A DNA stretch of 40,208 nt from Jimgerdemannia flammicorona (GCA_003990765.1 RBNJ01000125.1:1-40208); one strand, 5' to 3'; positions 1 to 12,559 are shown, counted from the stretch's first letter. The notes: generated by a model not told the origin, from the letters alone. Program-made: numbers and translations.

Positions 1-745
1 CCCCCCACCGCTTCTTAATGAAAGACCACTTTGTCAAACACCATCTCCACCTGCCCACCACTCTGTTTACAGATCCCTTCTACCAGATGGTGACATCATC
101 TATCCTGGAGACCCCAATCAACCCACCATCCAGTCAGCAGATCTCCCAACAACCCCTCCCATCTTAATAACTTCTCCTATATACTCATCTATCACCCTTC
201 CTCAAAAACAAAGAGCCAATGTCCAGCCAACCCTGTCTACACTACTAAAACCCACCCTACAGTGAGCCAATCATTGCCAACACCTCCTACTAATCGAGAT
301 TTCAAATCCTCTCAGTAATCTCTCTCTCTATCCAGCCTCCTTTCCACACCCAGCTAGTCTCCTACTGTTATCCAAAAGTCCTCCAGAACCTCACACTCTC
401 CCAGCCAATGTTCTGGCATTTACACATATTCTCCAACTTACTCTATATTATAATACTCCTCACAATCCAATTGGCCACTATCTACCAGATACCTAGTATA
501 GAAATTCAACATGACATTCCTCTGTATTATCTGCCATCATACTACTCAGAACTTGGGAGAAAGCCATCTCTGTACCTCAGTACTCTATGACCAGACTCCT
601 GCCCAGTCCCACTCCTCACCAATCCTCACTGTTTGTCAACTACTTGGCCAAAGGTCCTGGCCAAGTCCCCACTGACACTCAACTCTATTACTAATATCAA
701 ACTCAACAAGTGGAACACCCCCCAGAAGCAGTCTGTCCCATTGCC
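1..745 (-). mobile_element. 5'-truncated L1/Tx1-like LINE, 3' end of ORF2 (runs off the window start)
   Basis: Reverse complement aligns by eye to 39355-40100 (e.g. ...catctggtagaagggatctgtaaacagagtggtggg..., tggcaatgggacagactgcttctggg) and includes the C-terminal Cys/His knuckle region. Junction with a B-family LTR at about 745/746. Confidence 0.9.
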
Positions 746-2005
746 AGAAAACTACAATTGTCAGTATAGATTCCAGTATTGGTACAGATAGTTGTATAAG
801 TTCAGAGTACTGGTAGAATTTCAGTAGTACAGAAAAAGAATGCTGGAAGAATTCAGAGTCATATAGGATTAGAATGCCAGTGGAAGGATTAACTGTTATA
901 TAGAAAAAGGATGCTGGCAGAATTCAGTATCACCAAGAACTCAGAGCAGAAAGTTCAGACCATGGGGGCTTCATCCTCATTGCTGTCCTCAAAGAAGATG
1001 AGGTCTACAAATATTTCATCCATTTTGCATGCTTTGTCATATGTTTCACATATATCATACAGGATGATGTCATCACCAATGATGTCATCACATTTGGCAG
1101 TAGGGAGAGCAAGGAGATCAGGAGCTCTCTAGTCTATGAGGTCCTCTTCCACAAAATAAGAGACAAATGTGGGGTCTTGGAGAGGTCTAATCTGGATGCT
1201 TGGACCTTGGAATACTGAGATCAATCCTTATAGGAATTGATCTGGATTGTTCTAGAGGATGGAATACCTAAACTCTTCTATCTTGTCACTATTGAGGGTA
1301 ATAGTGGACTGGGCTTCTATAGCCACCATGACTTCTAGTATATTGATACAGTAGGCTGACAGATCTCTGAAGTCTGAGACTCTGGTATACTCCAAGTTGG
1401 AAATTGACCATGGTGCATATCTAAAGATCTGATAAATCTTCTTGGCTATTCTTATTTTATATATCTATGAGAGTGGTATCTTGTAGCTCTTGAGAGTTAG
1501 CTTGAGGGAATTTCTAGTAGAGGAGGTTTTCTATTTCATATTCTTATCACATCTAGAGGTATTCAGTAGCAATGGTGATTCTTATTTCCATCTTACAGTA
1601 GTAGAGAATATAATGATAAGGATCACCAGTACCCAGATTGAAACTAGAAGTCCTTGTGGTGTGGGTCTTTATGACTCTTCAGATGTCTTGAAACATCCTT
1701 TCCTAGACTGAGGGGCCTTGGTGATTTCTTGACCTTAAGGTTTGGTAAGCAGCAGGCATTTTGTTTGTGATAAGTCTTTGAGCTATTTCAGGATTAGTGG
1801 ATCTTGTTGAGTTGCTGCTACTGTGGTTCCTTGATCTTTCTTTTATATTCCTTGAGATGTCTGTCTTGTGGTCCTAATGGCTCATAGTTAGTCATCATTG
1901 CTCATCTTATAGCATGCTGTAAGATCTTTTTGTACTCCAATCTGATGGCTTATAAGGAAAGACTGTCTCTTATACTGATGTCATCATTCTAAGATCACTA
2001 TTACA
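746..2005 (-). repeat. Third copy of the element-B family LTR (solo or 5' LTR), interrupted by the LINE at 745
   Basis: Reverse complement starts TGTAATAGTGATCTTAGAA like 13234 and aligns to 13234-14290 and 21860-23010. No PPT precedes it. Contains the same embedded reading frame. Confidence 0.85.
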
Positions 2006-2800
2006 ATAAGTAGATTTAATATAATATAGTAAATTTGACAGATTTTGCTAAAAGATTCAGATTATTAAATATAGATTTTGTATAAATATGAGAAGTTTAG
2101 CAGATTTTCTTTCTTTAGATATTATCTGATAAGTAGATCAAAATTGGCAGACTTTTTTGATAAAGTTAAGTCAGTTAACTACTTTATTTATATAAATGAG
2201 TTCACTATAAAAGTATATCTTGCTGACTAGCTTTAGTCAATATAGAGTAGACTTCTTTTTAGATTTAATCTGATAAGTATATAAAAAATATAGTAGATTT
2301 CTTAAGTTCTTCTAACTTAGTCTACATTTCTATTCTGGCTTAGTCTGATAAGTATAACAAAATCAGATCTTCTTTATATTAGTAAGTAGACTAGAGTAAA
2401 AATAAAAGCTCACAACTTCTTAATAATTGCTTATTAGTAGGTGTTCTTCTTCTAAGTATATTAGACAATTGGCTTTTACTTTTTAAACTTTTAGACTGAG
2501 ATTTATTTATTGAATCTCTGAAGTATTTTATATAGATATTATTGCTATCTAGTTAATATCTGGATAATTATAATATATACAGTAATACTAATTTAAAAAG
2601 ATATTCCTATTAAGTATAAGTATATCTATTGAGTATAAATATATCAGAGTGGTATATATATTCTTAGTAAAAATGGTATATATTCTAATTTGATATATTA
2701 GGTTATTTATATAATAAGTAATATATAAAGATAACTATAAAGATAAACATACTAAATATTTTGTAAATTATTTGACTATACTAAAATATTTATTTATTAT
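2006..2800 (-). repeat. Heavily eroded C/D-family LTR remnant
   Basis: Blocks ggcttagtctgataagtata (~2338) and agactgagatttattta...gaagtattttatata (~2492) match 30607/30829 and 11279/11727. The right boundary is approximate. Confidence 0.55.
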
Positions 2801-3015
2801 AATAAGTATAAGAGTTTTTCTGATAATTCTATTTTTAAAGTAAGATCATAATTATATTTAGCTAATTGGACAATTTTTCTAATAATTAAATAATAGTTAT
2901 ATATATGCTAACTTATATCTTTATAATAGAAATATAATAAAAAATATCAGTATAATCTCTATAATTATTGAAAGAGTTTATAAAAGTTAATTATTCTCTC
3001 TAGTAATATATATAT

Positions 3016-3125
3016 TGTAATATTCTGACTATTAAGGCAAATTATAAGATTAGAGCTACTATATAGATTAACTTAAGCCCCCAGTTAATTTGTCAAAAGT
3101 AATAAAATATTCAGTTATCTCTTTC
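3016..3125 (-). repeat. U5 end of a C/D-family LTR (probably the far end of element D's 3' LTR)
   Basis: tgtaatattctgact...aagcccccagttaatttgtcaaaag matches 23802-23905 tgtaatatgcctggct...gagcctccagttactttgtcaaaaag; reads ...TATTACA on the minus strand. Confidence 0.55.
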
Positions 3126-4031
3126 TCTACTAAGTTATAAAGTTTTGGTAGACAATCTTCTAAGTCTCTTTTTCACAACTTTTACTCCCTCTATCTTAGA
3201 TTAGTTTGCTATACTTATTATAGAATTAGAAGAGAGACAATAGTGATAAATTGCTTCTTTATTAGTATTAGATTAATATGTTCTCTACCTTTTTATATTT
3301 CTAGTATCTCTAGCTATATCTGGAGTATACTCATTTTGATACAGCACTTTCTTCCTTTTGTTATTATCAATAAGATATTATTTTAATATATAATAGACTA
3401 TATAGAGAGTTAATTAACCTTGACCATCATGTATCAGTAAAGGTTCTGATAGATCCTCAGTATCTATAGTAAGCTCTCTGAGCTTTGGTAAGCTTTCTAA
3501 TGAGCATAGCTCTGATATAGATATGTAACTGCTTTTTAGATAGTATTGGGATAGAAGAAGAGATAGCCATTATACATAGATAGATAGAAGGGTGATTACC
3601 CTAAACCAGTTAGGTATCAAACTAGTTATAGTTGTCAGGGCTGATACAAGTACTATATTAGTCAGGCCTTCTAATTGGTATAGGATAGTTAGATAGTAGA
3701 TATCACTCTTAGTAGATCTCAGTAATATATGAGGTTAGGCTTTAGTTATTTGGAGTTTTTAAAGGATCTGATACTATTTAGATCAGGTATTTAGACTATA
3801 TTTAACTAGAACTGAGAGCTGATATAGTAATATAATTGAGACCTACAGACCTAAGTAATGAGGCATTGAGAGTCTCCTCTCACTCTATATATATATCCTT
3901 TACTTATCTCATCAGAGAGAACCAGGTCTTACCCATCATTCTATATTCTTTTAAAAAGTTTTTTCTTTATCTATTATTCCATTTAAAGTGACAGGAGCTT
4001 TGCTATCTAGCTTTAGTATTATCTTATATAT

Positions 4032-4512
4032 TATTATAGTTGATCTAAATTAGTAATTTGAATCAGAGAAACTAGATATTTAATCATAGTATCTGAACTC
4101 AATACCTGATATAGTATAGCCTTACAAATAATAGTTATTTTATAAACATTAAAGTTTTTACAAATGTTAAACTCTTCACAAATATCAAGAATTCACAGAT
4201 GTTAAAGTTTTGATAATTATTAAAGATTTAACAGATATCAAGGATTAATACTTGTAAAAAGTGACTCATAATATAGTTATAACTTAATAGCTAGCAAACT
4301 TGTATAAATAACCCAGTATCTTAGAGTGAATAAACCTCAGATCAAAATAGTTCAAAGTAAAGAGAAAGCAAAGAAACTAGTAAGTCTGTAGGCAGATATA
4401 CTTCAAACTCACTCCTCTGTACCCTGAAGACTCTGTAAGAATCAGAATAAGTCAAGTTTTCTAGATACAGAAATCTACCATACTTCTATGGTTAGGTGTT
4501 TAATATATTATA
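4032..4512 (+). repeat. Element A 5' LTR
   Basis: Direct repeat of 10331-10818; termini TATTATAG...TATTATA are an eroded TGTGATAG...TGTTACA. Confidence 0.9.
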
Positions 4513-4515
4513 ACT

Positions 4516-4533
4516 TGGTGCCTATTGACTAGT
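4516..4533 (+). promoter_or_regulatory. Primer-binding site of element A
   Basis: TGGTGCCTATTGAC 3 nt after the LTR end; TGG start is complementary to tRNA CCA. The tRNA cannot be identified because of erosion. Confidence 0.75.
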
Positions 4534-4626
4534 AATTCAAGATGAATCTCTCACTTTCAAGCTGAATAATGAATAATCACTATCACCTAAACAACTATAT
4601 AAATCAAACCAAGATATCTAGATAAG

Positions 4627-5556
4627 ATGGATATAAGACTACTAGTATTCTATAGATATATCTCAGATGAATCAATCATTACCTTCATTGATGATTTTAA
4701 GCAGTATGCTGCTATAAGAATTCTGACAGCAATATAGTAAGTAGCCCTCCTACTCTTCAGTCTCTAAGAATCAGTAAGAGTAGCATTCATAGCTATAACT
4801 CATATAGGAAATAATGATAATGCAGTACTAGCAGCACAGAAGGCCTGGCTCTAAGCCATCTACTATATAGATGAGACTAAGTAAATCAGCTCAATACAAC
4901 TTACTAAGGAATAAGTAAGGATCCAAATACATTCTACACCAGAATCCAATATTAGATAATCCTTATAGATTATACTGCCATAATCTGAGACTAAGTAGCC
5001 AAGACAATCTTTATAAAAGGAGTTTACTCAGAGATAGCCCTAGCTATCTGCTTATTACCAATAGTTCTAGATCTATTATAAAAAGTCACCTATATATACT
5101 CAGTGATACTAGATAGCTAGATACTCACAAGGCTATATAATAGAAAGAGTCACTGGAGTTAAAATCAAAGTACTCAAGGCAATCAGTGTAATCCCTACTA
5201 TAGTGATTCCTATCACAGTGATCAATTGAAACACACCTCAGCCAAGAGCCACTGAACAGTAGAGTAATAGTGACCCTATGGAGGAACTTACTAAGAAGTT
5301 CACCAAAATAATAGCCCACTTAGGAGATGTAGTAAAGAAAATTAGAGAAAGAGATCACTACCTAGTTCAGAAGTTTGCTGCTATCTCAGATAAGAAAAAA
5401 GATACCTACTACATATGTAGAGAAGAAGACCACTACTTATATGAATGTATGAGTGAAACTAAGCATAAGGCCCAGCCAAGCAATGCTACTCAAAATAAGA
5501 AACAGACCAACATTATTACCTTCAAGGAGATTGGAGAATTAGATGATAAGGAATGA
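4627..5556 (+). pseudogene. Element A gag with CCHC zinc knuckle
   Basis: MDIRLLVFYRYISDESIITFIDDFKQYAAIR is homologous to the B and C gag starts; knuckle (C>Y)YICREEDHYLYEC at ~5407-5448; many in-frame stops. Confidence 0.8.
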
Positions 5557-5989
5557 GAAGCCTACTCTGCTGAGACTATCAAGAAAGATGTCTACAAACA
5601 ATCCTATAAGAGACCATCAGAGAGACCTAAGAAGAACCCTATAGAAAAGTAGATAGAGACTACTATAGAAAGTTAAGGTGAAGAAATAGACTAAGATATA
5701 GAGCTAGAACAGACTGTTCAAGATATCATTTGAGAAACCACTCCAGCTAGTGAAGGAGAAAAGAAGAAGAAGCTTTACAAAACCAAGACCTTTAAGTATA
5801 ATATCTTCAAGGATCTCAGTCAATAAAAGATCAATACAACCTTTGGCTAGCTAGCAAAAATATCCACATTCAGACAGCAAATGAGATATGGACTTACTGA
5901 GACAACCAAGGAGCAAGGTTGGAAGATAACCAAGACCAATAATATTCAAGAAGACTCAGAAGAAGAGAGCGAAGACAATTGCAAGACCT

Positions 5990-6360
5990 CTGCCTATGTA
6001 ATCTGTCAGATTAAAGATAGAATCTTCAAAGCCATCATTGACACAGGAGTAGGAGGATATCTCCTTAGTAAGAAAGCAGCAGACCACCTAGGTTGGGAAG
6101 TTGAAGAAGTAATCAAATTAGTATTTGTCACAGCAGACAGTACAAGAGCCACACCTCTAAGAAAGATCTGAGATATTCCTATCAAGTTTTGGAGAGAACT
6201 ATTTCAGTAGATATAATTGTGATTAATGCCACCAATTATGACATTCTCATCAGCAACCAGTGGCTTCATAAAGCCAAGGCAATAATTGATCTAAATACTC
6301 AGAGGATGCAGATCATCTACTGAGGCCAGAAGATGTGAATTCCCATTAATATCAACAAAT
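5990..6360 (+). pseudogene. Element A aspartic protease
   Basis: KAIIDTGVGG catalytic motif (~6030) and downstream YDILI.NQWL.KAKA.ID. Confidence 0.85.
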
Positions 6361-6699
6361 GAGTACTGCCTGAGATAGAAAAAGAAGAAAGTGAGCAAGA
6401 AGAAGCCTATGTAGTGACTACTCAGAAAAAGAAGAAGAAAGTCAGATGGATCAGTGAAGAAGACTGGTATAAGAAGATTGCAGAAGGTTATGTACTACAA
6501 GAAGTCTGTCTCTATAGAATTAAGATGTATTATAGTGAGTACATCAATGACTACTACCAATGTAGTATTGGTATCAGAAAGATCTATCAGAAAAAAAAGA
6601 CAGAAGGCTCTTGAAAAGTAGACAAGAGAAGAGAAAGAGGAGAAAGAGGATAATGAACCACCAATCCTTTAGGAGGACAGTAATGATGAAGAAGAAATC

Positions 6700-7115
6700 A
6701 AGGTCAAGATTCAAAAGATCTACTCTAATGCAGTTCTACCAAAATATAAGTCAGAGAATATAGCTGGAATGGATATTACTACAGTAGAAGAAATCATATT
6801 AGAGCCCCAGACAACTACTCTAATTGCAACTGGTCTGGAGATAACCATTCCAAAGGACCATGTCAGAATCCTCAAGATGAGAAGTAGTCTGGCTATGAGT
6901 GAAATTACAATTGAAGGAGGAGTCATCAATTCAGATTACATTAGAGACATACTACTTATTGCTTGGAATCATAATTCTATGATTCCATTTCCAATTAAGA
7001 AGAAGGACTGACTAGTATAGATATTGATCTTTCCAGCTCTTCAGTCAAGAATTATAGAAGTCAAGAAGTTGGAGAAAACAGAAAGAGAAAGAAAAGGATT
7101 CAGATCCACAGAAAG
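6700..7115 (+). pseudogene. Element A dUTPase
   Basis: AGMDI (motif 1), RSSLA (motif 2), EGGVINSDY (motif 3), RERKGFRST (motif 5, eroded). Confidence 0.9.
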
Positions 7116-7299
7116 AGGAGTATTTGCCAGTATCAAGATTACTGAACTGGACTATAAGAAGAAGGAAACTATGAACAAGTATAGTGATATTATTGGAAAC
7201 AAATTCTCACTCAAGAAGGAACTCAAGAAAATACTCTATAAATTCAAGGATGTCCTAGTCATAGATTTTAAGAATATTAAAGGAAAGACCCCATACTAC

Positions 7300-8590
7300 T
7301 ATTATGACATAGACACAGGAGACACCAAACCAATCTACCAAAAAGTAAGGCCAATATCACCAGCCTACTGTGAATGGCTCAGAGAAGAAATCAAGCAGAT
7401 GGAAGAAGCTAGTATCATTAAAGAAGCCAGTAGCCCCTGGGCTTTACCAGTTGTATTAGTCCTGAAAAAAGAAAGCAAGCCAGGAGAATTTACTTCAAGA
7501 CTCTGCACTGATTATAGAAAGCTCAACTTGGTTACCAAGAAAGATCACTCCTCATTAATAACATTCTTGTAACCTTGAGAGATGAAGTACAGTACTACAG
7601 TATCTTAGACTTATACTCAGAATTCTACCAGATCAGTCTCACTGAAGCAGCAAGTGAAAAGTCAGCCTTCATCACCCCAGATGAAACCTATGTCTACCTA
7701 TGAATACTATTTAGAATGTGTAATATCCCTGTGAGCTTCTAGTGAATGATGAACAAAATCTTCTACTATGATATGGGAAGATATATAATGGTTTATATGG
7801 ATAATATTATCATCTACAGCAAGATAGCCAAAGAATATCTGCAGTACATCCAGCTGATAATAGAGAAACTAAGATAGTATTGTCTTTACATCAAGCCTAA
7901 TAAGTATAAGTTTGTGGAAATTAAGATCATCTATCTTGACCATATCATCAATTGAGATGGAATATATACAGACCCTCTCAAGATTCAAGCAGTAGTAGCA
8001 TATTTAAAGCCCACTACAGTTACTGAAGCCTAAGTCTTCATGGGACTTGCCTCTTACTACTGAAGATTTATTAGAGAATTCTCCAACATCACAGACCCAA
8101 TCTATGAACTCAACAAGAAGGATATCAAGTTCTAATGGACTGGCAGACAACAAAAAGTATTTGACAAACTTAAGGTCAGACTGATCCAGGCATCCATTCT
8201 CAGAAGATCTGATTGGACTCAAGAATTCATCTTGCAGACAGATTTAAGTGCCCAAGGACTAGAAGCAGTCTTGGTCTAGAAGAAAGACAAGATAGAATAT
8301 GTCATTATATATCTCAGCTGAGGAATCTGAGAAGCTGAAAAAGAGTATGAATTCTATAAGTTGGAATATCTTGCAGTCATCTGGACTGTAGGAAAGTTCC
8401 ACTACTATCTCACCAGAAGATACTTCACTATCCAGACAGATTATTCAGCCCTCACATAACTACTGACCACTGGATAACCCAAAGGAATCTATGTCAGATA
8501 GATCATAAAGTTGCAAGCCTATAATGTAACTATCATATACCACCTAGGAAAAACCAATGCCAATATAGATGTCCTCTCATAGATATCCCA
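7300..8590 (+). pseudogene. Element A reverse transcriptase and RNase H
   Basis: SPWALPVVLV, RLCTDYRKLN, LDLYSEFYQI, VYMDNIII (eroded YxDD), FILQTDLS, TDYSAL, GKTNANID. Confidence 0.9.
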
Positions 8591-8759
8591 AAGGACTCCT
8601 AATCAGTAAATCAATCATAAATAAGGAGCTCTACTACAGAATCATCATCTATCTAAGATAGTGAAAGATTCCCCAACATTTAAAAGAATGGTCACAAATG
8701 ATTATCAATAGAACATGGAAACAATTAGAAACTGATAGAGAAATACTAAAGAAAGGAAA

Positions 8760-9778
8760 ATTACTAGTTATATCTGAATATAAGAAGGAGTAAGCAATGA
8801 AATCAGTATATGAACTTAGTTATCTAAGAGGAATAAATATATATAATAAAGCAAGAAGAATAATGTAGTGACCAAAAATAGAGAAAGATATCAGACAATT
8901 TATCAAGACTTATAACAAATGCCTAAAACAGAAACAAGATCAATGAAATCAGACCCTGGGATCAGTATACATAGAACCAGTACTCTTTGTACACATTGCA
9001 ATAAATATAATCAGTTCTCTACCTTTGACATTGACTAGTAACTGATACATTATTATTATTGTGGATCTCTTCACAAAATGGATAGAGACAGGACTCCTCA
9101 AAGAAGCCAATGTACAGTTAATTGCTGATTCAAGACCCCAATGCAAATAACTACAGATAGAGTAACAGAATTTGTAAACCAGTTCTTTGAGGTTCTCTAT
9201 AAAAAGTACAAGATCCAGTACATTCAGACCACAGCCTATCACCTATAAGAGAATGGACAAGCAGAAATGACCAACAAGACTCTCAAGAACATTATTACTA
9301 AAATCTGTGATAACTATGAAAACTGAGATCACTATCTACCAATAGCATTATTCACTCTTCAAGATATCTGATCACAAAGTACTAATTTCACTCTTTGAGA
9401 GATACTGTTTGGAGAAGAAAGTTCTCAAGGAATCCTATCATCCAATGGAGATACTATATGGAAATACATAGACACTAAGATATAAAGACTATATCAAATC
9501 AGGAAGAAGGCTGAGAATTATATAATTAAGGTGCAGATACTACAACAGAATAATACAGAAAAGATTCACAAGTTTCTGGAGATTATCAAGATAGTAGATA
9601 AAGTTCTAGTATATTAGAACATAGTGGAAGCTTCATAATTATGAAAACTGAAGTCTAAGTGAGAAGAATCTTATCTTGTATAAGATATAAAAGAACCACC
9701 TTTTGGCTACAGAAACTCTCAGGCACAATCATCTCTACTACTATTTACCAAAACTGACTCAAGAAGTATCATGGCTAG
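8760..9778 (+). pseudogene. Element A integrase
   Basis: Eroded HHCC, VDLFTKWIE, TAYHL.ENGQAE.TNKTLK and an eroded GPY/F module (KLKSK.EESYLV). Confidence 0.85.
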
Positions 9779-9788
9779 TCAATAAAGT

Positions 9789-10430
9789 ATGGCCACAGCT
9801 CTCAAGATTACTAGTACTATACAATGAGCTATAGAAATACAATAGTATACTACCAAGCCACCCACAATAGAGGAATCCTTTAACAGTATCCAAAGTATAG
9901 TATAGATATATTTATTATAAATTTCACACTTCAAGACCTATCAGAATCAGAAAGAGCTTCAAGAATACTTTAAGTTAGAATAGGCAATCTAAAGAGATAA
10001 GATAATTTAAAGATAAGAAGTTTGAGAACTATAAGACCTTGGGAAGGTACTCCAATAAGAACCAGAGATGGAAAAAGAAGACTGGATCAGAGAGTGCTAG
10101 CTCTCTTATACTTAGATCACAATTACCAAATGAGTTAATAAGTTGTTCAAAGATGATGAGCCAGCCCTAGTCCATTTCTAAGAAGTAGTTCCAGGAGACT
10201 TTAGATATATTAAGAGATACTATTGAGAATATAATGATATAAATTACACAGTACAAAGAGATATAAATTATAGAAGCTTGGGAGTTTGAGTAAAATGTTT
10301 CAGAGACAAATTACCTATTCAGGAGAAAGTTGTGATAGTTGATCCAAATTAGTAATATAAATTAGAGGAATTAGACATTTGATTACAGTATCTAAATCTA
10401 ATTCCTAATATAGCATAGCCTTATAAATAG
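9789..10430 (+). pseudogene. Element A accessory ORF3 (unknown protein), overlapping the PPT and the start of U3
   Basis: Single frame from ATG 9789 (MATALKIT...DLGKVL...ITK.VNKLFKDDEPALVHF...); every internal stop is one transition away from a CAA/CAG/CGA/TGG codon. The true end is uncertain (10352 or ~10430). Confidence 0.65.
10320..10330 (+). promoter_or_regulatory. Polypurine tract of element A
   Basis: CAGGAGAAAGT immediately before the TGTG of the 3' LTR; B has AGGAGGAAGA at the same position. Confidence 0.75.
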
Positions 10431-10818
10431 CAGTTATTTCACAAATATTAAAGTTTTCATAAATGTTAAACTCTTCACAAATGTCAAGATTCATAGATGT
10501 TAAAGTTTTGATAATTGTCAAAGATTTAACAGATATCAAAGACTAATACTTGTAAAAAGTAACTCATAATATAATTATAACTTAGCCACCTTATAGCTAG
10601 CAAACTTATATAAATAACTCAGTATCTTAGAGTAAATAAATCTCAGATTGAAATAGTTCAAAGTAAAGAGAAAGCAAAGGAACTAGTAATCTTGTAGACA
10701 GATATACTTCAAACTCACTCTCCTATACTCTGAGAACTCTGTGAGAGTCAGAACAAGTCAAGTTTTCAAGATACAGAAATCTGCCATACTTCTAAGGTTA
10801 GGTATCTGTTATGTTACA
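10331..10818 (+). repeat. Element A 3' LTR with six ~18-bp tandem units at 10439-10545
   Basis: TGTGATAG...ATGTTACA, direct repeat of 4032-4512. Confidence 0.9.
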
Positions 10819-11086
10819 ATATATTTTCAGATATATATTTTTGATCATTAGTGTATAATTATTTTCTCTTTAGTAGTAAAGAGAGTATAATATATAGAAT
10901 GATATATATTTTTTCACTCTTTTGTATCTAGTATAGTAGAGTTGCTAAAAATAACAAGCCTAGATTAATAGAGATATAGTATTCAGAGAGGGGTGGAGAA
11001 TGGTTTTAGCCTATATAGTCTAGGTTCTCTTTTAATAAAAATCTATAGGACATAGAGTCTATTTAAAAAAAAATAAAAATAAAAAA

Positions 11087-11118
<32 letters not shown>

Positions 11119-11269
11119 TTAGTAGTTTTTTTTTTCAAAAATAGATATAAGTTCTGTTCATATAATATAGATAATTTTGGCAAGTTTTTTAATTAGATAA
11201 AATTGATATAATATGGCAAATTTAGCAAATTTCTTATATTCTTTTAAAATAGCAAACTTCTTAAATAGT

Positions 11270-11973
11270 AGATCTTCAGGCTTAGTTTAGTAAGTATATT
11301 AAATTAAATCTTCTCTTCTTTATATCAGAAAGTAGACCAGAGTGTGAATTTGGAATAAAGTTCACAATCTCTTAAAAGTGACTTTTGAGAAGGTATTTTT
11401 CCTATATCTCTTTGACTGTAGATAAGATCATCTTTTAAAATCATTAGCAGATAAATTAAAGTTTGAAAAAAAATGATTTTTTGAAACATTGTTTTTCTGT
11501 TAAAAATATATCTCAATTTGTTTAAGAAAAAAAAAGGTAAATTTTTTTTTTAAAAGCTATTATAATTTTAAAAGTTATAAACTTTTCAAATTTTACCTCT
11601 AAATATAGGTGCAAAACAGTTAAAGAGATAAGTATTATAATTATTTCTAATTACATAAGTAGCTTTTAGTAGATGTATCTCTTAAAGTATAGTAGACAGA
11701 CTTGTCTTTTGCTTTTAAACTTTTTAAACTGAGGTTTATTTACTCATATTACTAGAGTATTTTATATAGTTATAATTACTATATAGCTAACTATAGATTG
11801 CTGTTTTTAGTAATATTTAGCTATTTTATTAAGAATATAGATCTTAAATTCTAGTATAGTATACTAGCTAGAAATACTTTATACTCTTATTTAGTTATCT
11901 GAAATGAAATATAGCTAAATTATAGTGACTAATTTAGATAGTAACTTGGTAGTTTTTCTACTGACTTATCTTA
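11270..11973 (-). repeat. Element D 3' LTR, U3 portion (eroded)
   Basis: Minus strand ctttagtaggagctga|taagataag matches C's PPT/LTR junction ctttagtgggggctaa|tgtgataag; further blocks match 30600, 30750 and 30830. Confidence 0.65.
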
Positions 11974-12012
11974 TCAGCTCCTACTAAAGAATAATCTATC
12001 TTAGACTATACT

Positions 12013-12519
12013 TTAGTTATTATTCTAATATGAGTAGATATCTTCAACATCTACTTCTGTTCTATTATCTTCTTTAGTTTCAGAGCTATATACTCTATTC
12101 TAAAGACTCCTCTTCTTCTTCAGAATATAATATCTCAATATGATAAATGATATACTGGTAAGTAGTAAGGGTCATTCTTTGGATATCTCTAAGATAAAAT
12201 TAGGCCTGAGTTAGTATTCCTGTATTTTGCTTATAGATAGTTCTGCTATAATGACATTTCTTTAGATGAGGCCTGTGATATATCTGTTATAGTTATACTT
12301 GGAGGTTGAGAGATCTTATAGTTGGTCTTTAATAATATAGAATATCTATAGTTAGTAGATTTCTATAAGTCACTGAACTATAGTAAAGTTCTCTTAATAA
12401 ATCTGAATTAATTGAAAGTGATTGTTAATAGTTTATCTAAACTGAGATAGAAAAATTAGTAGAGCTTGAAGAGAACTGAGAATAAGAGTTTAGAGATACT
12501 GGTCAATTCTTTAGGTCAT
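12013..12519 (-). pseudogene. Element D accessory ORF3
   Basis: MT.RIDQYL.TLILSSLQAL...LIEIY.L.IFYII aligns with element C ORF3 IDQYLQTLVLSSFQAL...LLQIHQLQAYYTI. Confidence 0.7.
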
Positions 12520-12559
12520 TATATAGTAGATAGATATATTTTAAGATAATTGATATATA

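Larger units (their letters stand above)
4032..10818 (+). mobile_element. Element A: full-length, degenerate Ty3/gypsy LTR retrotransposon (gag-PR-dUTPase-RT-RH-IN-ORF3)
   Basis: Paired ~480-bp LTRs, PBS, PPT, 4-bp TSD ATAT (4028-4031 and 10819-10822), PR-RT-RH-IN domain order. Confidence 0.93.

Noticed and set aside
1-745. Large inverted repeat with 39355-40100 suggesting a TIR element bounding the window
   Set aside because: Both are 3' ends of independent LINE copies in opposite orientation.
3130-4027. Possible additional TE fragment or gene
   Set aside because: No ORF or motif recognised; left unassigned.
10439-10545. 18-bp repeats as a CRISPR-like array
   Set aside because: Head-to-tail units without unique spacers, inside an LTR, with no cas genes.
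10860-11650. A/T runs, (AT)n at ~11088-11112 and a possible MITE or DNA-transposon relic
   Set aside because: Low complexity; I could not define TIRs or a TSD.
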